Shown: positions 47,463-55,696 of the stretch, in pieces
Layout: the number at the start of each line of letters is the position of its first letter
How positions within the stretch are numbered: position 1 is the stretch's first letter
NCBI GenBank assembly: GCA_036556905.1
Contig: DATBIM010000102.1
Span: 70,714-134,713 of the forward strand
Direction of reading: 5' to 3'
Length of the DNA stretch: 64,000 nt
Source of the DNA: Candidatus Methylomirabilota bacterium
GTDB taxonomy: Bacteria; Methylomirabilota; Methylomirabilia; Rokubacteriales; CSP1-6
The notes under the pieces: generated by a model
Databases searched by the model: none
Told to the model about the DNA's origin: nothing
The model's input: the letters and a program-made list of their open reading frames with translations, nothing else
Made by a program: the position numbers and the translations under genes

Positions 47463-48437
47463 ATGAAGGCAGTCCTGGCTGTACTGGCCGGCATCTGGAT
47501 GCTGCTGGCGACGGTCCCCGCCCAGGCGCAGCAGCGCGTCACCATGCTGGGCGGGCCGCCGGCGGGCGTGTTCGGGATCTTCGCGACGGGGATCAGCACC
47601 TACCTGTCGAAGGCGGTTCCCGACCTCAACGTGTCCGTGGCCGCCACCGCCGGCTCCGTCGAGAATCCGCGCCGCATCAATGCCGGCGACGGAGAGATCG
47701 GGATCTCGTTCTCCTCGGACGTCCACGAGGCCTTCCACGGTCTGGAGAAGTTCCAGGGCAAGCCCCTGACCAACCTTCGCGCGGTTGGCGTCGTCTTCAT
47801 GGGCGTGGGGCACCTGATCACCTTCGCCGACAGCGGGATCACGAGCGTCGCGGATCTGGCCGGCAAGCGCGTGGCCGTCGGCAATCCCGGCTCCGGGACG
47901 TTCGCCACCGCCGAGCGGATGTTTCGGGCCCTCAACATGTGGGACAAGATCACGCGGGTGCCGCTGCTCGGCGCCGCCGCCGGCGAGGCCATGAGCGAAG
48001 GCAAGGCCGACGCCTTTTTCTGGGGCGGCCCGGCGCCCGACCGGGTGACGACGGAGGCCGCCACCAAGAAGCCGGTGCGGGCCATCGACACCTATACGGC
48101 GCTGGCCAAGACCGACTTCTTCAAGCAGTATCCCTACTTCGCGAAGTACACGTTCGTGCCCGGCTCCTACCGGGGCATCACCGAGGAGGCCCACACGGTG
48201 GGCGTGCCCGCCCTGTGGATCGCGGGGAAGGACGTGTCCCCGGCGCTCGTGCAGAAGATGGCGGCGGCGGTCTACGGTCCCGAGGGCCACGCGCACATGA
48301 TGAAGGTCCACGCGGGCTCCAAGGACATGGCGCCCAAGTCGGCGTTGCTGGGGATCACCATCCCCCTGCACAAGGGCGCCGAAGATCACTGGAAGTCGGC
48401 GGGGGTGAGCATCCCCGAGAGCATCCGCGCCCGGTGA
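47463..48437 (+). CDS. TRAP transporter solute-binding protein, TAXI family
   Basis: RBS GAAAGGAG; signal peptide; '[25 protein letters not shown]' TAXI signature. Confidence 0.75.
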   Translation: MKAVLAVLAGIWMLLATVPAQAQQRVTMLGGPPAGVFGIFATGISTYLSKAVPDLNVSVAATAGSVENPRRINAGDGEIGISFSSDVHEAFHGLEKFQGKPLTNLRAVGVVFMGVGHLITFADSGITSVADLAGKRVAVGNPGSGTFATAERMFRALNMWDKITRVPLLGAAAGEAMSEGKADAFFWGGPAPDRVTTEAATKKPVRAIDTYTALAKTDFFKQYPYFAKYTFVPGSYRGITEEAHTVGVPALWIAGKDVSPALVQKMAAAVYGPEGHAHMMKVHAGSKDMAPKSALLGITIPLHKGAEDHWKSAGVSIPESIRAR

Positions 48438-48452
48438 GCTGAGCCCGCCCGA

Positions 48453-50354
48453 ATGGCCGACGCGACGCCGCAGGCCCGGCGCCTGACCGGCGCCTGGCAC
48501 ACCGCCGCCCAGCTCATGCTGGGCGGCGTGTCGCTCTACTTCCTGTGGGCGACGTCGTTCGGCGTGGTGCCGCTCCAGTATTTCCGCGGAATCGCCGTGC
48601 TCTACAGCCTGGTGCTGCCGCTGCTCCTGTACAGGGCGTGGCGGACGAGCCGGCCCGACCGCCCCACCGTCGTCGATCTCGCCCTCGTCGTGGCCACCGT
48701 TGTCAGCATCGGCTACTGGATCGTCGAGCACGAGCAGATCGCCTACCGCGCCGGCGCCTACACCGAGCTCGACTTCTGGATGGGCGTCGTGCTGATGCTG
48801 GTCTCCATCGAGGCGGCCCGGCGCGTGCTCGGCTGGGGCATCGCCATGTGCGCCGTGCTGCCCATGGCCTACGCCCTGTTCGGCGCCTACCTGCCCTTCG
48901 TCATCGGCCACCGCGGCTTCACGCTCCGGCGGATCGTGGAGTTCGTCTACCTGACCTCCGACGGCATCTTCGGGGTGATGGCCGACGTCGTGGCCGGCTT
49001 CATTCTGCCCTTCGTGGTCTTCGGCGCCTTCATGGAGGTGGCCGGCGTGGCCCGGTTCTTCGTGGACCTGTCCCTGGCCGCGCTGGGCCGGATCGCGGGG
49101 GGCCCGGCCCAGGCCGCGGTGATCTCCAGCCTCTTCATGGGCACCGTGAGCGGAAGCCCGATCGCCGAGACCGTCACGACGGGAACCGTGACGATTCCCC
49201 TCATGAAACGGACCGGCTTTCCCGCGCACATCGCCGCCGCCGTGGAGGGCGCGGCCTCGACGGGGGCGATGATCATGCCCCCGGTGATGGGCGCGGGAGC
49301 CTTCATCATGGCCGAGATGACCGGGATCTCATATCTGGAGATCATCAAGGTGGCGGCGATCCCGGGCATCCTCTTCTACCTGTCCGTGGCCCTCATGGTC
49401 TACTTCGAGTCGCGCAAGCTCGGCTTACGCGGCCTCCGCGCCGATGAGCTGCCCCGGTTCGGCGCCGTCCTCAAGCGCGGTTGGTATTTCTTCATCCCCA
49501 TCCTCGTCTTGATGACGGCGCTGATCTGGGGCTGGGCGCCGGGGACGTCCGCGGTCTTCGGCATCGTGACTGCCATCGTGTTGAGCTGGGTGGTGCCGGG
49601 GGGCCGGCTCGGGCCGGCGCGGATCTGGGAAGCGTTGGTCGACGGCGGTAAGGCCAGCCTGTTCGTGGCCGCCCTGACCGGCGCCGTCGGCATCCTCATC
49701 GGCGTCCTGGCCCTCACCGGCATCGGCATTCGCTTCTCGTACGTCCTGGTGGACCTGGCCGGCGGGAGCCTGCCCCTCACGCTCCTCCTGCTCGCCGTCT
49801 CCACGCTGGTGTTGGGCCTGGCCCTGCCCATCACGGCCACATACCTGATGGTTGCCGTGGTGGCGGTGCCCGTGCTCGCGGATCTGGGACTGCCCCTGCT
49901 GACCGGGCACCTGATCATCCTGTGGCTGGCGCTGGACGCCAACATCACGCCGCCGGTGGCCCTGGGGCCGTTCGCGGCCGCGGCCATCGCCGAGGCCGAT
50001 CCGATGCGGACGGGGTGGAGCTGCTTCCGCTTCGCCAAGAGCATCTATCTGATGCCGGTATTGATGGCCTACACTCACCTGCTGTTCACCGGGACGCCGG
50101 CCCAGAACATCATGGCCGTCCTCTCGGCGACGCTGGGGACGGTGCTCTTCTCCATCTTGAGCACCGCATTCTTCATCGTCAGGATGACCGTTGTGGAGTT
50201 CGGGCTCTTCGCGCTGGCCACGGTGCTGGCCTTCATCCCGTTCCCGCTGCCGATGGCGGCCGCCATCGCGCTCTTCGCCGGCCTCTTTGTTTGGCAGCGC
50301 CGGCGGGCCCGGGCGTTACCCAGCCCGCGCGCCGCCGCCCGGGCGCCGGGCTAG
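48453..50354 (+). CDS. TRAP transporter fused 4TM/12TM permease (TAXI-associated DctQM-like)
   Basis: 633 aa, ~18 TM, typical of the fused permease paired with TAXI receptors. Confidence 0.75.
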   Translation: MADATPQARRLTGAWHTAAQLMLGGVSLYFLWATSFGVVPLQYFRGIAVLYSLVLPLLLYRAWRTSRPDRPTVVDLALVVATVVSIGYWIVEHEQIAYRAGAYTELDFWMGVVLMLVSIEAARRVLGWGIAMCAVLPMAYALFGAYLPFVIGHRGFTLRRIVEFVYLTSDGIFGVMADVVAGFILPFVVFGAFMEVAGVARFFVDLSLAALGRIAGGPAQAAVISSLFMGTVSGSPIAETVTTGTVTIPLMKRTGFPAHIAAAVEGAASTGAMIMPPVMGAGAFIMAEMTGISYLEIIKVAAIPGILFYLSVALMVYFESRKLGLRGLRADELPRFGAVLKRGWYFFIPILVLMTALIWGWAPGTSAVFGIVTAIVLSWVVPGGRLGPARIWEALVDGGKASLFVAALTGAVGILIGVLALTGIGIRFSYVLVDLAGGSLPLTLLLLAVSTLVLGLALPITATYLMVAVVAVPVLADLGLPLLTGHLIILWLALDANITPPVALGPFAAAAIAEADPMRTGWSCFRFAKSIYLMPVLMAYTHLLFTGTPAQNIMAVLSATLGTVLFSILSTAFFIVRMTVVEFGLFALATVLAFIPFPLPMAAAIALFAGLFVWQRRRARALPSPRAAARAPG

Positions 50355-50379
50355 GCGGCTCGAGGGGGCTGGGCCCCTC

Positions 50380-51147
50380 TCAGCCGATGACGCGGCCTCC
50401 CATGACGCGGATCGTGTCACCGGTGACGTAGGCGGAGGCGTCGGAGGCGAGGAACAGGCAGGCGTCCGCGATATCTTCCGGGCGGCCCAAACGGCGGAGC
50501 GGGACCTTCTTGAGCTCCTCCGGTGAGCTTGGCGGGGCCTGACGGAACTCGGGGTACCACTCGGCGTAGCGCCGCTCGGTATCGATGAATCCCGGCACCA
50601 CCATGTTGGCACGGATGCCGAAGGGCCCCAGCTCGGCGGCCAGCGCCCGGACCAGGCCCAGGAGCCCGGTCTTGGCCGTGGTGACCGCCGTGGTGTTGGG
50701 GCGCCCGGTGAGGCTCGACATCCCGCCGAGCGCGATGATGCTGCCCCGCCCCCGCTCCTTCATCCCGGGCACGACCGCCCGGGCCAGGTAGAAGGCCGAG
50801 TGGAGATCGACGGCCAGGACGTGGTGCCACTCCGCGAGCGACGTCTCGGTGAGGGCCTTGTGCGGGCGGATGGCCGCGTTGCAGACGAGGACATCGATGG
50901 CGCCCAGCGCGGCCAGGCCCTGGGCGACCATCGTCTCCACGGCGGCGGCGTCGGCCACGTCGGCGAGCACAGTGGTCACGCGCCCCCCGCTCTTGCGGCA
51001 CTCGGCGGCGACGGCTTCCAGCTCCTCGCCGTTCGCCCGGGTGTTGAGCACCAGATCCGCGCCCTCGGCGGCGAACGCCAGCGCGATGGCCCGGCCGATG
51101 TTGCGGCTGGCCCCCGTGATGAGCGCGACCCGGCCCCGGAGCTGATC
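50380..51147 (-). CDS. SDR-family oxidoreductase
   Basis: GTG start giving 'MPDQLRGRVALITGASRNIGRA'; 'CNAA','TTAKTG'; the upstream portion of the track ORF is an overlap artefact. Confidence 0.65.
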   Translation of the reverse strand, partial: DQLRGRVALITGASRNIGRAIALAFAAEGADLVLNTRANGEELEAVAAECRKSGGRVTTVLADVADAAAVETMVAQGLAALGAIDVLVCNAAIRPHKALTETSLAEWHHVLAVDLHSAFYLARAVVPGMKERGRGSIIALGGMSSLTGRPNTTAVTTAKTGLLGLVRALAAELGPFGIRANMVVPGFIDTERRYAEWYPEFRQAPPSSPEELKKVPLRRLGRPEDIADACLFLASDASAYVTGDTIRVMGGRVIG

Positions 51148-51158
51148 CGGCACGGAGC

Positions 51159-52145
51159 TCAGGACTGCAGCGCGAACTTCTGGAACGTGTGGCAGCCCGC
51201 CGGCACGTAGCCGCGGCTGCCGGCGAACGTCCAGGTGACCTCGCTCACGTAGACGTCGTGCTGGCTGTCCACGGCGATGCCGTGAGGGGCCGCGAAGCTG
51301 CCGGCCGCCACCGGATCCGGACCTTCGCCCCAGCGCGCGAGCACACGACCGTCGCGGTCGTAGACGCTGACACGGCCCGAGCGATTCGTACCGGCCGGTC
51401 CATACCGCCGCGAGGTCTGGCCCGGCTGCCACCACAGCTCGGAGACATACGCCCGGCCCTGGCCATCGAACACGAGGTGGGTCGGTCGCCGGGTATCGGT
51501 CCATTCGCTGAGGTACTCGCCGTCGGGGTTGAAGATCTGGATGCGGTCGTTCTCCCGGTCGCAGACGAACACACGCCCGTCCGCAGCCACCGCGATGCCG
51601 TGGGGCAGGAAGAACTCGCCGGGCCCCTGACCGGCCACGCCCCACGAGCGCTTCAGCTCGCCGGTGGGGGAGAAGCGGTGCACGCGGCAGTTCCCGTAGC
51701 CGTCGGAGATGTAGAGATCGCCCTTGGGTCCGATCGCCACGTTGGTCGGGCGGTTGAAAGGACCGCCAGGCTTGGTGGCAGTGGCCGTGTTCTTGCCGTC
51801 GTAACCCGTGTCAGAGGGCGTGTTCATGGTCCCCAGCGTCATCAGGAGCTTGCCGCTGGGAGTGAACTGCCGCACCGTGTGGTTGCCGTCATCCGTGGCG
51901 TAGACCGTCCCGTCGGGGCCGATCGTGATGCCATGGGTCCGCAGGGTGAACTGGCCCTCCCCCCACGAGCGCAGGAAGTTCCCCTTCTGGTCGTAGACGA
52001 TGATCGGGTGATCGCCGCGGCAGATCAGGTAGACCCGGTTCTCGCCGTCGACGGCCACCCCGGCCACGTCACGGTGCTCCCAGCCGGCGGGAAGCTGCTC
52101 CCAACCTTCGACGACCCCGTAGCTCGTCGTGCTCACCTGCGCCAT
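51159..52145 (-). CDS. NHL-repeat six-bladed beta-propeller protein (PAL/SMP-30-like)
   Basis: Repeated 'P.G(I/V)A(V/I)..DG.(V/I)YV.D..N.R(I/V)' blades. Confidence 0.6.
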   Translation of the reverse strand: MAQVSTTSYGVVEGWEQLPAGWEHRDVAGVAVDGENRVYLICRGDHPIIVYDQKGNFLRSWGEGQFTLRTHGITIGPDGTVYATDDGNHTVRQFTPSGKLLMTLGTMNTPSDTGYDGKNTATATKPGGPFNRPTNVAIGPKGDLYISDGYGNCRVHRFSPTGELKRSWGVAGQGPGEFFLPHGIAVAADGRVFVCDRENDRIQIFNPDGEYLSEWTDTRRPTHLVFDGQGRAYVSELWWQPGQTSRRYGPAGTNRSGRVSVYDRDGRVLARWGEGPDPVAAGSFAAPHGIAVDSQHDVYVSEVTWTFAGSRGYVPAGCHTFQKFALQS

Positions 52146-52242
52146 CGTTGGCCTCCGTCGCCCGTCCCGCGGTTCGGACCGTTGGCGATCGAGATCAGAC
52201 TATGGGAGAGACGCGCGATCGAGTCAAGGGACGGTTCGCGAC

Positions 52243-55218
52243 TCAGCGTACCCGGTAGGACTGGACCAGCCGGTTGCCGGCGCGATCGATCTCGACGACG
52301 ACGGTGGCCCGGTCAGGATCGCGCTGCAGCGGGATCAGCACTGCCAGCAGGCCCGAGGGCGGATGGTCGTCGATCCTGACGATCATGTCGCCGGCCTGAA
52401 TGCCGAGCCGGCCGGCCAGGCGGGGATCCGTCACCGCGAAGCCCTCCGCGCTGAGGACGCCCTCGATCAGGTTCGACGTCACCTGCCAGCGCCGGGCGGC
52501 GCGTGGAGCCAGCGGATTGAGCAGCGTGACCGAAGGCCCGTCCCCGGCCAGCGCGGCAAGATCCCGGACCGCCGGCGGGGGATCGGCGGCCAGCGGGCCG
52601 GGCGCGGCGCCACGGGCGGCGCGCTGATCGATCTGCCGGGTAACACCCGGCCGGGTAACACCCGCGGCCACGTCCTGGGCGCCGCCGCGCCCGACGACTG
52701 GCTTCTCGGCTGACGATGACTCATGTCCCCGTGGTCGGTCTCCGCCGGTTCGTCCGAGGATGAGCGCACCGGCGATGAGCATGCCCCCGGCCAGTCCCAG
52801 GATGATCATGGTCGTCCTGATTCGCCGCGGCCTTCTTGCCGCGTTCGCTCCCAGCCCCACGATCGCGACGAGACCGGCGGCAGCCAGGGCCACGGCGACG
52901 AAGGGACGGTCCAGCGCGAAGCCGGCGCCATGGGCGACCGGGCGGAGCACGCCACGGACGGCGGCGGCCAGGACCGGCTCGTTCCTGACCGCGCGTGCGA
53001 AGGGCGGACTGAGCGTGTAGTAGGCGCGGACGAGCAGTCGACCCACGGGGGTGGTCCGGAGCGCCTGATCGCGGAACCGACGGAGCGTCCGGACCTCGAC
53101 GGTCAACCGCGAGCCGAAGGCCGCGGTGGCGATCACGCAGTCATCGTCGGCGTCGTCTTCTACCGGGACGGGGGCGATCAGATCGGCGAGCTTGACCACG
53201 AAGCCGTCTTCCCCGCCCTGGTTGGTCCTCTGAAAGGCGCCGGGCGTGGCGGGGAAGTCGGTGGCCAGGGTGAAGCCGGCCACCCACACGGCGCCGAGGG
53301 TCGCAGTGATGGCCTGACCGAAGTCCTGTCCGGCCGCCAGGTTGCCCGTTCCTCCGAATCTGATGATGTCCAGGCTGATGCCGTTCACGCCGCTGCGCTT
53401 GTTGACGACGACGTCCACATGGGACTGCGGGCATCCCGGAGGGAGGAGCGAGGGGTCGGTGCAGACCAGTTGATTGGCCACGAGCTGGACATCGCCGACG
53501 GCGTCGACCGCGACCGCCGTCGGGACGGCGCTGCTCGTGCTTCGCGACCAGGCGATGAGGCTGCCCGTCGCGTCGAGCCTGGTGACGAAACCCTCGGTGA
53601 GGCCGGTGAACACGTCACCACCGGTCGCGGGAAAGTTCGCCGACGTCGTGCTGCCCACGACGTGCGGACTTCCCGCCGTGTTGACGGCGATCCCGTTGCC
53701 GATGTCGGCGCCGGCCCCCCCGAGGAAGGTGGACCAGCCGAGGCTGGCGTCGGCGTTCACCCGAGCCACGAAGGCCTCGACCCCGAGCCCGGGCAGGGGC
53801 TGCAGGCTTCCGGCTGTCGTCGGGAAGTCCGCCGACAGGGTGAAGCCGGTCACGTAGGCCCGGCCGCTGCCGTCGAGCGCGATGGCGTTGGCGGTATCAT
53901 CGTTGTTGCCACCGAGAAAGGTCGAGTACTCGAGGACAGTGCCCAGGGCGCTCAGCCGGGTCACGAAGGCGTCGCGGCAATCGACGGGCGGATTCCCGCA
54001 CGTCCCGCCGCCCAGATCAGGCTGCAACGCACTGGCGATGGGGAAGTCGATGGACCTGGTGCCCCCGGCCACGTGAGCCCGGCCACTGCTATCGACGGCG
54101 ATCCCGAACGCGGTGTCGAGTCCGGAACCGCCCAGGAAGGTGGAGTACGCGATCACCCCGTTGGGATCGAGCTTGACGACGAAGGCGTCGAAGTCGCCCT
54201 GGGGCAGCGCCTGGAAGCCGGCCGGGGTGGTCGGGAAGTCCGCCGAGTCGGTGAACCCGGCCAGGTAGGCGTTGTTGTTGGCGTCCACGTCGATGGCCCG
54301 GCCGCCGTCGGTGCCCGATCCGCCGATGTACGCCGAGTAGAGCAGGACCTGCCCGTTGGCGTCGAGCTTGCTCACGAACGCATCGAACCCGCCGGCCAGC
54401 GCGGTGGTGCCAATCTCCGGAAAATTGAGCGACGCCGTGTCGCCGGTCACGTAGACATTGCCCCCGACGTCCACGGCCACGCCGAAGGCCTGGTCGTCGC
54501 CGCTGCCCCCGAGATGCGTCGCCCACGCGATGACGGGATCGATCACCAGCGGGTGCGAGCGATCATGTGGCCCCAGCGCGAAGCCGGCTTGCGCCGGTCC
54601 GCGCACGACCCACGCCACCGGGATCTCACGCCGTGCCCGGTCGATCACCTGGTAAGCAACTGGCCGGCTGAGTCGCAGCGGGGGCCCGCCCGTGGTCAGA
54701 ACCAGATCACCGGCGCCGTCCACGGCAGCGTCCCGGATGCCCTCGAATCCCAGCGCGATAGCCCCGGGGTCAGCACCAGGCCGGATGACGAACTCCTGCT
54801 CGATCCGCGATCCGGCGTGGGCCCTGTAGATGGCGTCGATTCCGGAATAGGCATTCCGATAGACGACGCCGTCGTAGGTCGGCACGTTCGTGTACCAATT
54901 CGCGGGGTTCCGCCCGAGGAAGTAATGCGTCCGGCCTGGCAGTGGCCGGAGGCCGATGATCTCGGAGTCCTGATGCGCTCCCAGGAGGCGAAGCTGAACC
55001 CTCTGGCCGGCGCGCCGGTCGGCCAGGATCACTCCGGACTGGGTGACGAAGAGCGCGTAGCCGGGACCGCGTGAGAGAAACTTTACGCGGGCGTCGGCCT
55101 GCCCGCGATTGGGCTCGAAGACGACTGGCAGGGGAGGGCCGGCGCTACCGGCGGCGGGAGCCGCGAGCACCGCAACCGCCAGTCCCACAGCGAGGCAGGT
55201 CCCTCGCATCGGCGCCAT
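52243..55218 (-). CDS. large secreted SBBP (beta-propeller repeat) protein with C-terminal hydrophobic anchor and PDZ-like domain (paralogue 1)
   Basis: Signal peptide; N-terminal 'VVFEPNRGQADARVKFLSRGPGYALFVTQ'; 'GGSGxDxAxGIAVDxxGNxYVxGxTxSxDFP' repeated >8 times; 'CVIATAAFGSRLTVEVRTLRRFRD' plus 2 TM; C-terminal 'GIQAGDMIVRIDD' PDZ-like. Confidence 0.65.
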   Translation of the reverse strand: MAPMRGTCLAVGLAVAVLAAPAAGSAGPPLPVVFEPNRGQADARVKFLSRGPGYALFVTQSGVILADRRAGQRVQLRLLGAHQDSEIIGLRPLPGRTHYFLGRNPANWYTNVPTYDGVVYRNAYSGIDAIYRAHAGSRIEQEFVIRPGADPGAIALGFEGIRDAAVDGAGDLVLTTGGPPLRLSRPVAYQVIDRARREIPVAWVVRGPAQAGFALGPHDRSHPLVIDPVIAWATHLGGSGDDQAFGVAVDVGGNVYVTGDTASLNFPEIGTTALAGGFDAFVSKLDANGQVLLYSAYIGGSGTDGGRAIDVDANNNAYLAGFTDSADFPTTPAGFQALPQGDFDAFVVKLDPNGVIAYSTFLGGSGLDTAFGIAVDSSGRAHVAGGTRSIDFPIASALQPDLGGGTCGNPPVDCRDAFVTRLSALGTVLEYSTFLGGNNDDTANAIALDGSGRAYVTGFTLSADFPTTAGSLQPLPGLGVEAFVARVNADASLGWSTFLGGAGADIGNGIAVNTAGSPHVVGSTTSANFPATGGDVFTGLTEGFVTRLDATGSLIAWSRSTSSAVPTAVAVDAVGDVQLVANQLVCTDPSLLPPGCPQSHVDVVVNKRSGVNGISLDIIRFGGTGNLAAGQDFGQAITATLGAVWVAGFTLATDFPATPGAFQRTNQGGEDGFVVKLADLIAPVPVEDDADDDCVIATAAFGSRLTVEVRTLRRFRDQALRTTPVGRLLVRAYYTLSPPFARAVRNEPVLAAAVRGVLRPVAHGAGFALDRPFVAVALAAAGLVAIVGLGANAARRPRRIRTTMIILGLAGGMLIAGALILGRTGGDRPRGHESSSAEKPVVGRGGAQDVAAGVTRPGVTRQIDQRAARGAAPGPLAADPPPAVRDLAALAGDGPSVTLLNPLAPRAARRWQVTSNLIEGVLSAEGFAVTDPRLAGRLGIQAGDMIVRIDDHPPSGLLAVLIPLQRDPDRATVVVEIDRAGNRLVQSYRVR

Positions 55219-55273
55219 CCTACGGGCAGGAATCTCCGACGTCCAGAGCAGATTGAGAGCGCCGGCCCTGTGC

Positions 55274-55519
55274 TCAGGATCGGGCTCGCTCCTCGGGGTT
55301 CCGATCCACGATGCACAGACGACAGATCCGGTCGTCGAGGTCGGCGCTCAGCCGGTGCAACAGCGACCGGGGGACCTTGAGGAGCGCCTCCACCTCGTAG
55401 GCCAGCAGGTCGAGCCCCGCGATCACGCTGGCCCGCCAGGGATCGAGGAAAAAGTCGGTTCTGAACGCCTCGTCCGTGACCATCTTGCCGAGCGCCCGCT
55501 CCACCGATCTCTGGCTCAT
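55274..55519 (-). CDS. small conserved-looking helical protein (81 aa), possible sigma54-dependent target; weak likeness to NHLP/Nif11-type leader regions
   Basis: GAGGAGG-5nt-ATG; 'ALGKMVTDEAFRTDFFLDPWRASVIAGLDL'; C-terminal 'ICRLCIV'; track ORF is extended upstream to 55579 by an in-frame ATG. Confidence 0.5.
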   Translation of the reverse strand: MSQRSVERALGKMVTDEAFRTDFFLDPWRASVIAGLDLLAYEVEALLKVPRSLLHRLSADLDDRICRLCIVDRNPEERARS

Positions 55520-55544
55520 CCTGTCCTCCTCGCTCCCAGGAGAG

Positions 55545-55560
55545 AGCAAGAGGCACGCCG
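55545..55560 (-). promoter_or_regulatory. candidate sigma54 (-24/-12) promoter CGGCGTG-N4-TTGCT
   Basis: GG-N10-GC spacing; 9 of 12 consensus positions (TGGCACG-N4-TTGCW); -12 GC ~20 nt upstream of the SD and ~30 nt upstream of the ATG; inverted and direct repeats 85-130 nt further upstream. Confidence 0.4.
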
Positions 55561-55696
55561 AATGAGTGGTGTCGTGCAAGTGGCTGAGACGGTGACGATG
55601 GTGACATGGCGAACCGCCGCGTCGATCGGAGGCTGTCGGGGTTGCCGCAGTGGCGCTGCGGATCCTGCTACAGACTGTCGAGAAATCTACAGCCGC

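Noticed and set aside
47364-49229. 621-aa antisense ORF over the TAXI/TRAP genes and 52723..55074 / 58886..59935 antisense to the SBBP genes
   Set aside because: Shadow ORFs (His/Gly/Arg/Asp-rich, no motifs) opposite strongly supported genes.
55201-55273. Possible second sigma54 promoter directly upstream of SBBP paralogue 1
   Set aside because: Sequences such as TGAGCACAGGGCCGGCGC have the wrong GG/GC spacing, and I found no acceptable -24/-12 match. SBBP1 is more likely co-transcribed from the promoter upstream of the small ORF.
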